DNA of 64,000 nucleotides, taken from contig CM120640.1 in NCBI GenBank assembly GCA_051362555.1, positions 66,070,788 through 66,134,787 of the forward strand, in the 5' to 3' direction. The DNA is from Lingula anatina. Taxonomy: Eukaryota > Animalia > Brachiopoda. This document shows, piece after piece, positions 11,701 to 23,990 of the stretch (position 1 is its first letter; each line of letters begins with the position of its first letter). A program made the translations under genes and the position numbers. Below the pieces are notes generated by a model that made no database searches, was not told the DNA's origin, and saw only the letters and a list, made by a program, of their open reading frames with translations.

Positions 11701-14700
11701 CCTTTCCTTCACTGCAGCAGCATCCCCATCATTCAAGTCATCATCAGATGCCAGGTCATCCTCCTCATTGGCAGTATTGTTAGCAGGCTCATTTTCTGTC
11801 TGAGGTCTTTTTCTCTCTACTACTGTGGCAGTGCTTACCATTCTGAAAAGTGCAGGTGAGAAATTGATAGAGAATAAGTCAAAAATGTCTCAGCCCTGTA
11901 CTTATGAAATAAGCACATGAAGATATGCATAGTGACAAGAATAATGATCAGACTTGATCGTAATTCTTGACTCAATCTTGAGTTATTAATTTTAATATTG
12001 ATTTAAGTAATACTGTCAAGTCATTAAGTGGGGAATGACAAGTTTAAAATCTCAATTAGGAATGCAGATGTCTGGAAGTATTAGATCTACTGAGCTGTAC
12101 CCATCATAAGCAACACAGTGAATATTCAGCTGCAACATATACATATCACATACCATAGAAAATATATCATTAAAATCAAAACTTACATATGACCCTACAG
12201 TAGCTACTTACTTTGCCTTCGACAGTTCCAAGATTCTCTTTTTCACAGCATCACACAGATGTCTGATGAATTTCTTTTCCATGTAAGACAGCACCTTGCT
12301 CGGGGTGACACAGAAGTCCTTCTTGTAGGTTTCATATGGTAGAAACTTAAAAGTCAGTCTGTACATCCTGCTTTTATCTCTGAAAGAAAAAATATCTATG
12401 CTATAAATTAAAATTGAGATGAATTTTAATTCTGAAGAAGTTTTTTGTTTGTGCACGTATCAATTACCAAGCATTCATTAATCAACCATTTACTCTGAGC
12501 AAACGCAATCTTAAATACTTCCAGTTTTTCCACATCCAATGATTATGATTCCAAATATCTGAAGGATCAGCAGTGAAGTGAAATGTCATAAAAAAACTTA
12601 CACCTTATTTTTCACAGCCAAATATTCACACACTTTTACATCTTCAAGCACCTGAAAATACAGCAGAATAGTTAACAATTTTGAAATAACAACACATGGT
12701 GAAAGTTTACAGATACTAGTTTGTTAAAATATCTTCATGAATTGTTGATCCAACTAACACAATAACCTGGCCTTCCACTTAATCTCAACTATCACACTCA
12801 TGTGTCACTCAACCAAACAAAACAAACTCACCTGGGCCAAAACAACCTTGTTCAACTTGAGCTGCAGTGGTTTGGCTTTCTTTTTAGCATACTCAGTGTT
12901 GAGAATGGGGATGTCCATGTTTGGGGTCTTTATATTGGCACTAGCGACCATGAGGATTTCACGCAGTCGAGGAATACCCAGAGTTACGTTCATTTCACCA
13001 CGCCCAGCAAAGTGAAAAGTATTCAGTGTCATCTGTGTGGAGGGTTCTCCAATAGACTGAAATATTTATGCCATACATATAAATATATAAATAAATATAA
13101 ATACATTATTTTTTGATAAAAACAAAATAGATTTTTAAAATGATGCAAAGTCATGTATACTTGCCCAAACATTAATTTCAAAAAATTTGAGAAATGTAAG
13201 ATAAGAATGAACTTACCTGAGCAGCAAGTAACCCTACAGCTTCCCCCGGCTCAGCTAGACAGTTCATAGTTCTTGAGAAGAGCATTGTCTTGAACCGGTC
13301 AGTAGAGATGTGCCCAGGAGTGACCGGAGTCTCAGTGTCATCTACCAACAACTGAAATAGAATATATTTACTTCTATGAAAATGCTACCCACAAGCGGAA
13401 CTGAACTCATTAAAATATGCAGCCATGAAGCAAGTAACAACCACAATTAAGAAGTCATGCAGTTGCTTATTTCTAATCTTTTTACAATACTCTAACTAAC
13501 ATCATGCAGTTGCTTATTTCTAATCCTTTTACAATACTCTAACTAACATAAAGGCTGTACTGTTGTGAATATTATCAACATGTGCAGAAAGTAAAGGCAT
13601 CCAATAATAAAAACAAAAAAAAAAGAAATAGAATTTGTGCTATTAGACTTCTTAAATTATTTGTGAAAGTCGCTCTATTTCTAACTTAATTTGACCAACA
13701 TAAACAATGATACATACATTATCAGGATTTTTCTTGATATATTCATCCATCATTTCAAGCATGCTTTCAGAAAGAGATCCAAAATATCGTGCAGGGCTAA
13801 GGTCAGCTGCCACAGGGTCTGGGCAGCGAGAGTGGCGTTTCTCTAACTTTCTTTTCTTTTTCTCCTCAAGCTGCCTCCATGCTGCACATACAGCCTCAGT
13901 GGCTTTACTTCTCCCATGACTTCCCAGCTCAGTGTCTGGGTGCTGCTCAGTGATAGAACCCCACACCTTCTGACTGTAGCTGAGGAATCCAGATGTCCTT
14001 GTCTTGGATGAACTGGGGTTCTTTTTGTGCCACTTTTTGAGCTAACAAAGGCAAAATGAATATCAATTTAACAACTGTGTTGTTTAAAACTTTGAAAAAG
14101 ACATATAGCATGCACTTATGCTTAGAGACATAAACACATTTTCATTTCTGAAAATACAGCATAAAAAAATCTCAATGTGATACAATTCAAAAAAAATTCT
14201 TACAAAATCAAATCCTGAGTTTGTCAGAAATTGCACTTAGTAAGCAAGATGTCAAATTCTAAAAAAATTTTACGAAATAATGGAATATATATCCTTTTCT
14301 ACAATTATTGTAAAACAATGTGATACATATTTTCTGCTTTAAATTATGTATACATGTATAAAAATTATGTGGTTAACCAAACACCCGCCCTTTTCTTCCT
14401 GAAAATCTATTTCACCTTTTTGTGCAGTGTTCCAGCTGTGGTAGTGTCCACAATGCTTTCTGTTCTCTTCAACTCTGTCTCATTAAGGACAACATTCTGG
14501 TTGCTTATTAGGAAGGGAAACTGTTTCTTGTTTAAGAATGGTGTTTTCAGAATGTCCAAGCTGTCTTCACCATATTGAAACTGAAAAAGAAAATCAAATT
14601 AGACTTAATCTATAATTTAACAACCTGGAGAGAAGCATTTCATTTTTCTTTATTCTTTTACTGCAAGCAGTGCTAATGACTATCCCATCAGCTTTCTGAG

Positions 14701-17700
14701 ACTGCTAAATCGGGTAAATAAAAGCAATACTTAATTTTTGCTTTTGTTTTTGATTTTGGCCTTTGTATCTCTAAAACAACCACACATATAGAAAAAAATA
14801 TTAAAATTGGGTAATATTTAGTATAATACTTCATTTAATAAAAGTTTACATAAGCTAACATTCACAGGGGCGGATCCAGAGTTTTTTTCTGACAGTCTTC
14901 CAATTTATCCCTGTTGATCCATCCTCCATTTCTGACTGTCTTCCGACAGAAAAAATTAGATACCGGCCAATGTAAACTTGAAAGTCTGACCGTCTTCCGG
15001 AAGACCAGAAGACACCCTAAATCTACCCCTGATTCAAATGATTCACATTACATTAACTATACAATTGTAATACTTTTCATGGCAACACATCATTTCCCCC
15101 ATTACCTGGACCACGCTACCGTCACTGTCCCTCACTGACATGTCATAGTTGACCATAATACCCTCCAGATGTTTGATGATACATCTCTGTAAGTAGCCAC
15201 TTCTACTGGTCTTCACAGCTGTGTCTATCAAACCCTGCAATTATGAAGTCTCTAATGAGGGATCTTTGCTTCTGCCAAACAGACTTCACACTGTGCAAAA
15301 AGGTTACAAACTAATTCAACAAATGGTTAAATATAAGACAGTGCCTACATGTACAGCAAGGCAAATTTATGCCGAGTCTGGACATTGGTGAAAATAAATG
15401 TTACATTCGAAATTTGCATCTATTTCTAATAACTAATCACTTTAAGTTTCAATCTTTTCATATTTATGCATCTATCTCCAGATCTCATTTTATTTTCACA
15501 TCTAAATGGACGAAAACTGATGATTTTTTTAATCATTATTATCATTATTATTGTTTCACTTTGTTATCCATGTGAAGAGATCAGAATTTCTGGTGTAAAG
15601 TTTACATACATATATAACTGAATAAGTTATTATTAATTATAAACAGCAGAAATATGTGTCACAATGGCTAGTCATACCTCTCTGCCTGCCATACAATGAT
15701 AGAAATATTCCTGAGGTCTAATCCCAGTAAGAAACCTGCCGTCCACAAACCCTCCCGCCCTGGGGGATGTGTCATAGGGGAGAAAAGAGGGCAATGATCT
15801 CCCACTGAGCATGAGAGGGGGTCGACGACCTTCTAACTCTATCTGACCTAGAAGGCATGAGATCTGCATACAGTTCACCTAGGAGTAAAAATATACATAT
15901 AATCCAAGCGTAAGATCAAATGTGTATTATACTGAATAATGTAGAGAATTGCCACACTAAAAAGCTAATGCTTCGTTAAAGAGAACATTATGAAAATGAA
16001 AAAATGTATTTGTCTTTGAAACACATACAAACACTCATAATCAGGGATTCAAAGCCATATTTTTTCCAACAGGCATAGGGATCAGAAAAGAAGTCCTTGA
16101 TTAATGCCACAATAAAGAACAGACTCTGGTTGGCAAGTGGGTACATAATAGCACTAAGCTGAAGGCAACTGCTCCATCTATGCTCCGACTAAACATTTTT
16201 TTCGAGATACATGAGTTTATATCACGTGTTAAACAGAATTCCTATGTGATAAAAGTGTTATGAAACATGTACTTACTGATGACCCTTTAGCACCAGACTG
16301 GACCATTAACTGTAAATTATTATTTGGAAATATTTTCTGTAGCCCATGTGGCATACAAACTCTAGAACAACAAGAAATAAGCAAGTCAAAGTTATGTGAA
16401 AAAAATAACAAAATATACTGTCTATCATATTTACTTTATAAAATATAATATTACAAATTTATGCAAAGAGTCACTATAACACAATCTTACTTTGCTATGT
16501 TATTCTGATATTCATCTGTTTTCTGCTTCATGGCCAGGTCTAGCTCCATCATATGGCGTCCATCTTTGTTATAATGTGCTTTCTCTAACTTCTGCAGCAG
16601 GGTTTTAGTGTCATCTGGGGAATTTACACCCATGGCTTTGGCTGCCGCCTCATCCCCACACAGCCGAGAGGCATCCACATTCTTCTTTCTCTTCACGTCA
16701 GCCTACGGGAGAGGAGAAGAGAAAAGTCTTGAATATTTATCTTTTTTTAAATACAATACTTTATCTTCAAATATATTCACAGCAGTAATCAGTTGACAGC
16801 ACTTAAAGTAAAAAGAATAAGGATAGAGCAACATTAATATCTTCTTAGACACAACACCTTGATTCAACTTGTTTACCTGTGGGGTCACCAAAATATCCTC
16901 AGGGCCTAAAGTGAACCCATGTTGCTGAAGAAAGGTTGTAAAGAGTTTGGCTAAACTTGTCAACAGTTTGCAGGCCACTACTCCTCCATATAGCTACAAA
17001 AAGAAAAGACATGTCATTCTATATTAGTATTGTACTTATCTGCGGGAAGACATTACAAGAACGTCCCTGTGCATTATCATGTTACATGTTTGTAGCAAGA
17101 AGACTGTACTAAGATGAGAAAGTTACATTATTCAAGTAACAAAACATTCCAACATGCACAAAATGGACAACTATTTGATGACATTAATCCCGCAATGCTA
17201 TTATGCAGTCCCATCCATACTTGCCTCATAGCAACAGTGCACTAAACCATACGGCGTGGGTCCATAGTGCCCCTTGTCCAGTACCCCACACAGCAGTTCT
17301 CCTGACCGGATGACCACCTCAGATTCACTCATGGACTCATCCTTCAGGGCTTGTCCTCCGGCCAACCATGCCCTCGGCTGACCAGCTAACCAGTTCTGCA
17401 GAAATCAGTTTGGTTCATATTACATGAAATGACTAGTAGGTACTTATATTACAAATTAAGTTATTTTGTTAATCAAATAAAAAAATAATGAGTTGAAAAG
17501 CAGGACTGTTTTTCATAATGGTCACACACCTTTTACAGGTAAGTTGTCGTAAAACAAATGGCACAGTTGACTGCATTTTAATGCTAAAATATTAGATTTT
17601 GTATGCTTCCCCTCTTAAATGAATTACAAGTAATGCATGGTATGGTTAACAGAGGTAACTGCTTTCAAGAGAAAAAGGAAATGCAAATAGGGGAAATTCT

Positions 17701-20678
17701 CACCTTGGCAGCTATCTTTGCTTTGCCATGCAGGTTCAAAGCTGGTTTGCCTTCAGGAATCAGGTTCAGCAGCACAGTAGAAAGGACCTGGGAAATAAAT
17801 AATTCTTTGAATAAGCTACATTAAAAACTACTTCTTCCAGCAGAAAACCATTTAAGTTTTTTAATAAAGGCAATTTTTTAATCTATAGTTAATCCCAGAT
17901 TATATGTTACATATTTAAGTATTTGAAATATCTATCATGGTGAGAGATGGTGATGACTTACTTGTTTTCCTGACCATAATTTCACTGGCTTAATCATGCC
18001 TGGTCTCAGCATTTTCACTGGTCCATATTTATCTGTAAGTGCTGCATATACAAGCTGCTGGTAGTCTCCTCTGAAATAAAGATATCATAATAAGTCTGGT
18101 AAACTGATTATTTCATGTGCTTTAAACAAAAGCTGTACAAAATTTACAATCCTCCGTATCAGGTTGACAGTTATGAATAAATGATTTCTTTATATTAAAT
18201 AAAAATTGGTCACTATGGATGGGAATGATCCAGTGCCTCATCTAAGACAAAGTGATCTTGTACCTGACCTGCTGTTCACCTACTAAAGAACCACTCTCTA
18301 ACAGTGAGCATCATGCCAAAGACCATATGATCTTGTACCTGACCTGTCACTCACCTGCTAAAGAACTTCCCTCTCATTGTAAGCATCATTCCAAAGACTA
18401 TGTGACCCGTCACTCACCTGTTAAAGAACCGCCCTCTCATAGTAAGCATCACACCAGAGACCATGTGGTCTTGAATCAAGCCAGCAAGTGGTGTCCCGTC
18501 TTTGGGGACCAAGTACTGGAAGTTGGTGCTGGCTAAAATACAAGGAAACTATGTATGGAAAAACTTTCGGAAACATATCAAATATTCTAAATAATGTTTA
18601 CAGATAGCCATAATCAAAGTGTAATAAAAATGTGTTATATGTTATGATGACACAAAAAATACAAAAATACAAACAAGAGGATGTGTGTGAGATTACCTAT
18701 TGTGTAAGCCTCAGCCCTGGCTATCTCATCTTGGACAAAGTGAGCATTCATTTCATCTCCATCAAAGTCAGCATTGTAGGCCTTACAGTTGGCATAATGA
18801 AGACGTAATGTTTTCTCCGCTGGCAACACACGGGCCTGGAAATAACATGCATGTATGACACCAAGATCTTTATGTAAAAGTGATTGTATATTTTTCTGAG
18901 TTACCAAACCTAACATAACATAACTATTATTTAAAAAAATAACACTCCTGATTATCTGTTTTGACTTACATACCTTGTGTGCCTGTATACTTGGTCTATG
19001 AAGAGTTGGCTGCCTGTTTAACAACAGAACATCTCCATTCTTTAAATGTCGTAGCACCTGTAATAATAAATTTTCATTTGATACATTAAATATATTAAAA
19101 TTAATTTCCAAAGCATCATTTTCAACAAATCAGTTTGCTGCTGACACGCCTGTCCTAAATTACAGAACTATTAATTGCCAGCCCCCCAAACAAAATGTGT
19201 TATCATTTCCTGGCATGAGAATTATTTCAGTAATTGATCCAAATACAATACTGACACAAGACTTGTGGCTGTTGCCCAGTTTACCTTCTTGCTCTCTGGG
19301 GGTCCATGATAAAATGTGCTTGGTGTCAGCAATTCCTTGGCTATGGCTTCCCTCTGTCTGACATCTGTGGGGTTCAACATGATCCTGGTACCATCTTCAT
19401 TCTCAACAAATACAGCACTACAACACCAGATCATATGAGCTTATAGATAAATGATTATGAAATGTAATGATTTTAAATCCATTCTGTCATGTTTTTTAAA
19501 TATTTTCAATCAATACATTTCCTTTAATAGGCCTAACAATTATAAGTTTCATTTTCAGCAAATACAGCACTACAACACCAGATCATATCAGCTGATAGAT
19601 AATATATGATATGTAATAAAGCAACTTTGAATGCATTCCATCACGTTTTTTAATATATATTCATCCATATATTTCCTTTCATAGGCCTAACAATTATAAC
19701 AGTTTAAAACAATTTGAAATGAAATTTTAAGTGAAAAAAAAAATGGCCCATTGGTTGAAATCACAATTCAGAAGTATTTCACTTCATAACTGTATGGAAT
19801 TCAGCATCATCTGCAGCTCCATTCAACTGCAGTTCCTTACCCAGGATGTTGCCTTGGTCCATTGATGACAGCTTGCCTCAGCTCTTGGACATTCCAAGGA
19901 GTGACCGGCTGAGGATAGGTCAGTTTAAGAGCAAACACCATCGGTATCCCTATCTCATCAGTGTTAATATAAGGGTCTGGTGAGATGACGGATCTAGCAG
20001 CATAGTTCACCCTCTTCCCCATCATGTGCTTCCTAAACAGACCCTCCTTCTTCTCAAGTAACTAGAAATATCGTTTATGATTCATATAAGCTGGCAGCTT
20101 AACATCTAGATGAAGATCTGTCAAATAACAAGGGGATCTGTGCTTCATACAACCAAAGTCTGATAATCAATCTAAACATTTAGTTCACTCTAAAAAACAA
20201 CATCGTGACAATAATCTTAGCAAATCTAAATATCAAGTCCAAGGCATTTAATTTTTTTTTTCAATGGGCCATAGAACAATTATAAGGGAAATGATTTCAA
20301 ATTTTTACCTCACCATTTTTTTTAGAAAAATGGACTGAATATGCATTTTGTTTTGGGAAAATAGTGCACCTCCTGTAAATAAGAATTTTATCCAAAAACA
20401 ATTAAACTAGATAATCCTCCGTTGGTTTTTCCTGACTCTAACCTGTTTTATTCCTGGGTGTTTATCAGTGGACATTTTATCTAATTCACTGTCCACTACA
20501 CAGTTCACTTGGGTTTGCATCCTGACCCAGACATTCTGTAGCTTTTCTGTCAGACTTTTCCCAGGAACACTTTCAAGAAGAGTCTGAAAGAGATAAATAT
20601 ACAATATACTTTAAATAATCCATGTAGACTAAATAATTTGGCTGAACAATTGTTTTTTACATAAACCCAATGTGATTT

Positions 20679-20762
<84 letters not shown>

Positions 20763-23667
20763 TGTTTACAATTATCCTTCTGGTTACTAATTATTTGACC
20801 ATCATTTAACAGGTTTCTGTTTGTTTCCTCATCTACTATGCACCAATATCACTTAGTCCAGCCTTTTCTTTATTTCTCGCTATGATGATATTCAAAATTT
20901 GTTAAAACGTGGGCATTTATTTGTAACTTGTACAACTAAACACAATTAATAAAACTACAGCCCACTCACCGTTTCTTCTTCAGAGCGTGTTATATCAGCA
21001 CCTTCTTTCTCTGATCTCTGAATATCTGCCAATATTTGACGTATAGTAATGGCATCTAGGAGAACTTTACTAAGATTCCCTGACTGGGGATGTTCATATT
21101 TTCTCTCTTTCATCACAGCCATCTACATTACGAAAGATAAATGTCTGTTCAATCACACATATAATCTTCTCCAAATGAATCAAACAATATTTGGAACTTT
21201 TTTCTCTTAAAAAAGCTACTGTAATGCTTGGATTTCAAAAAAAAAATGTCACAATTTTCTCTTTTATGGTACTTACATTATAGCATAATGTGTATTTCAA
21301 CTGAAACAGTTATATTAGTATTCTAAGACAACATTTTTACCGGTCTAAATCTGTTTGGTGCTACAGACACAACATCCAAGAAGAAGATATCTGTTGGGTA
21401 TTTGTGTGAGTTTTTCATAATTAAAGCCCCAAACAGTTTCATGAAAACTGCCTTATCATTACTCCACACTTTTCGTATGTGACTGCGTGCCTCCATAGGT
21501 GTCAAGTACAGCTGTTCGCTGATTGCAGACACTTCCTTTTCATTTAAATCTGGAAATAAGATGACCTCTCCTTACTCAACATGTCAATAATCTGTATATA
21601 AAAGTTTAGATGAAGCATTTTCTAAATCATTGATTTTACTCTCAGCACTGGCTCTATTTTATGCCTGCTTGCTATGGAGATGTTTAAATTTAGTTTTAAG
21701 AAATCTTTGTTCTTCTCCATATCTATTTTTACCTTCTGAAGGCTCATTCTTTTCATCTTCCATTTCAACTACTTCATCTTCCAAGTATTCAGAATTACCC
21801 TCCTGCAGGGCTTGCCTAGAAAACAAAAAAAAATATTCATACTTACAGATCAGAACTCATTTTCTGGAATATATTACCAACATCTTCACTTTTACACAAA
21901 AATGAATAATTTTAATTTTGAAATTCAAAAAGCATATAAATCATTCAGAATGTGTTCCCTATCATTTAGTCAGGTAAATGTAGAGTATACACAGTTTATC
22001 ATATTTCAAAACAACATTAATAACACTTGCTTTCTTTGCTGTTTCTGTCTGTTTTTCTTCTCAATCATTTCCCTGGCACTTTTTCTATCTAGTCCTTTCT
22101 GGAAAAAGATTTTTGTGTTGTGTTCTGATCGCATAGGCTTCACTGGCATCTTGCAGTGTCCACATATTTTGCCTTTTGGTATAAGGTGGTCCTTGAGAAA
22201 TTGTTTGATTAGTTGCTGCTTCATTTCAGTGATGTGTTTCACTTGATAGGAGTTACCATCTTGAAAAAACAAAAATAAAATAAAAATAAGTACAGTGCAC
22301 TATCCCTATTGTAATTTCTTGATGTTTTACAACATTTGCAGAAAATATATCAATTGGTCAATTTTATTAAAAATTGTAGCTTTTTATTAGTCTGTTTTCA
22401 AAATCATTTTCACAAAAACAGTTAAGTCTGAGAATTACAAAGTATGTAATCTTTAAGTCAGGAATGACTTAGGCTCCATAAATAAATTACACAAAAGTTC
22501 AAAATGCATCACTCCTGGAGTTCGTTGAAAGTATACTTTTACCAGTGATTATCATCTCTCTGTACTAATTCAAAGTGCATTATTTGATGTGCTTACTTTC
22601 TATGTTCACTCCGAGTGCTGACTGGAGGCACTCTTCCAGCTGTCTCTGTATTGTATCCTCCATGCCTATATCTGTTCCCTGTTCATTCAGTACATTAGAA
22701 TACAAGTCCTGCATCTCCCCTACAATGTGTAGTAACCCATGATCTAAAGCAGTCAGCTGGTGGGTGATAAGAGAACATTGGGCACCCCTGGCAAGCAATC
22801 TGTTACAAGAAAAGCATGTGCCTTTCAGAATCTGAAAGAAAAAGAATTGGACAGAAAAACATACAAGCCAAGCATATACTTAAAAATGCCATGCTTCCTC
22901 TTTACAAAACAAAAAGCAGACAGACACACTAATTTCGGTCAGCCTTTGATGCTGTTTGACCTAACAAAATAACTAAAACAAATATATATGGACTATAAGG
23001 TACTGAATATTTTCCACACTTCTTAAGTTCAAGTTTAATTCAATTTTCACTAACATAACTAAACCACATCTAATGAAACTATCAGATTATATTTACTCAT
23101 TTGCCTACCTGGAATAGGTTCTTAAAGAACACAGGGTTATACACAGGTAATGGCAAGGATATATGTCCCATGTGGCCTGGACACCACTGGCTCATCTGAC
23201 CACAGGTCTCACACTGGTCATCTCTGTCTTGTGGACCTGAGAGTGAAAACATCTTGTTTTACCCAAAGGATGTTGTAACAATGGTGCAAAAATTCACATT
23301 ACAACTGACATCTTTAGTCCCAAAGGATTCTTTTGGCTTTGCCTGTACATGTGATAATTGCAAAATGTGTGCATATTACACATCTGGAATTTTAATGTAA
23401 AAATAAAGTTGTAAGACAAGTAACAATTCTTAAATAACACATCAGAAGTGTACAATGCTAAAGTGCACTCTTTTTTTAAACCCTGACTGCATATACATAC
23501 ATACCGAGAGCTGGATCGTACAGTCCGCCACTGGTAGGGTGTTGCAGGGAATCAAATGACTGGGGGTTGGTCAACTCCTTCACACTCAGACCTAAAATCT
23601 CGTCATCAGTGTAGGTGCCAAACGTGATACCATGTGGTAGGAAGGGAGAGAAGTCTTTTGGTTCCAT
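8791..23667 (-). CDS. POLR1A: DNA-directed RNA polymerase I largest subunit RPA1 (34 coding exons, ~1752 aa)
   Basis: Motifs [47 protein letters not shown], catalytic [52 protein letters not shown]; the acidic insertion and [18 protein letters not shown] indicate Pol I. Phase-consistent exons: 23505-23667, 23109-23236, 22597-22831, 22031-22259, 21733-21815, 21341-21549, 20970-21122, 20443-20583, 19841-20061, 19285-19417, 18974-19057, 18697-18835, 18418-18532, 17962-18070, 17704-17787, 17225-17395, 16877-16993, 16491-16702, 16277-16361, 15678-15878, 15106-15234, 14416-14580, 13718-14041, 13217-13351, 12832-13056, 12602-12651, 12212-12379, 11622-11842, 11163-11335, 10571-10651, 9929-10093, 9580-9690, 9183-9375, 8791-8897 (sum 5259 nt, ends ...LRQPLIVS*). 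Confidence 0.97.
10617..11080. repeat. Minisatellite, 8 units of 58-64 bp, each containing the POLR1A exon-30 acceptor and first ~12 codons
   Basis: Unit aactgtgtacccactggtgactgcataacacagcctgaaacagtatattatatagtat; exon-start-equivalent positions 10651, 10715, 10773, 10833, 10891, 10955, 11013, 11071. Confidence 0.97.
13455..13548. repeat. 47-bp tandem duplication (2 copies) in a POLR1A intron
   Basis: tcatgcagttgcttatttctaatc(t/c)ttttacaatactctaactaaca x2, one mismatch. Confidence 0.95.
14865..15031. mobile_element. MITE-like non-autonomous element with imperfect TIRs and 5-bp target duplication
   Basis: Begins CAGGGGCGGATCCAG, ends CTAAATCTACCCCTG; flanked by ATTCA at 14860-14864 and 15032-15036; internal gacygtcttcc-type repeats. 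Confidence 0.75.
18252..18475. repeat. Degenerate tandem triplication of the 3' end and donor of POLR1A exon 13
   Basis: Donor-like sites at 18417 (real), 18354 and 18279; copies translate [17 protein letters not shown] and [20 protein letters not shown] versus genuine [20 protein letters not shown]. Confidence 0.9.
19398..19698. repeat. ~150-bp tandem duplication including the POLR1A exon-10 acceptor
   Basis: caaatacagcactacaacaccagatcatat and ataggcctaacaattataa each occur twice, about 152-154 bp apart. Confidence 0.9.
20682..20760. repeat. (TA)n microsatellite
   Basis: Uninterrupted TA run. Confidence 0.99.
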
Positions 23668-23940
23668 TAGGTATGCTTTTTAGCAAAACTGCAAAGTACA
23701 GCATGTATAAACATACATTAAATATCGACAACTTATTTACCCAAATACACACGAACTTCCACCATTTACAGTACTAACACTGCAAAACCCTGCTTGTTGA
23801 AGATCGAGGTACGTCAATATTTATATCAAATGTATATGTATATAACTAAAATAATAATGTACACTCTAAAGGCCGTCCTACCTCTTATATTTTCAAATAT
23901 TGCACTGTGTTTACCATATAACACCAGACTTAGTTCTCAC

Positions 23941-23990
23941 AAACATTCTCCCTTCCACACGTGCAGCACCAACATTGTAATGGATCTTCT
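23941..23990 (-). promoter_or_regulatory. Probable POLR1A first (5'-leader) exon containing an E-box CACGTG (23958-23963)
   Basis: Donor TTT|GTGAGA at 23940; acceptor tactttgcag at 23689-23690, 21 nt before the ATG. TSS-proximal E-boxes are typical of Myc-regulated ribosome-biogenesis genes. Confidence 0.5.

Noticed and set aside
19765-19815. C/D-box-like ATGATG...CTGA in a POLR1A intron (minus strand)
   Set aside because: Only ~45 nt, imperfect C box, no convincing terminal stem.
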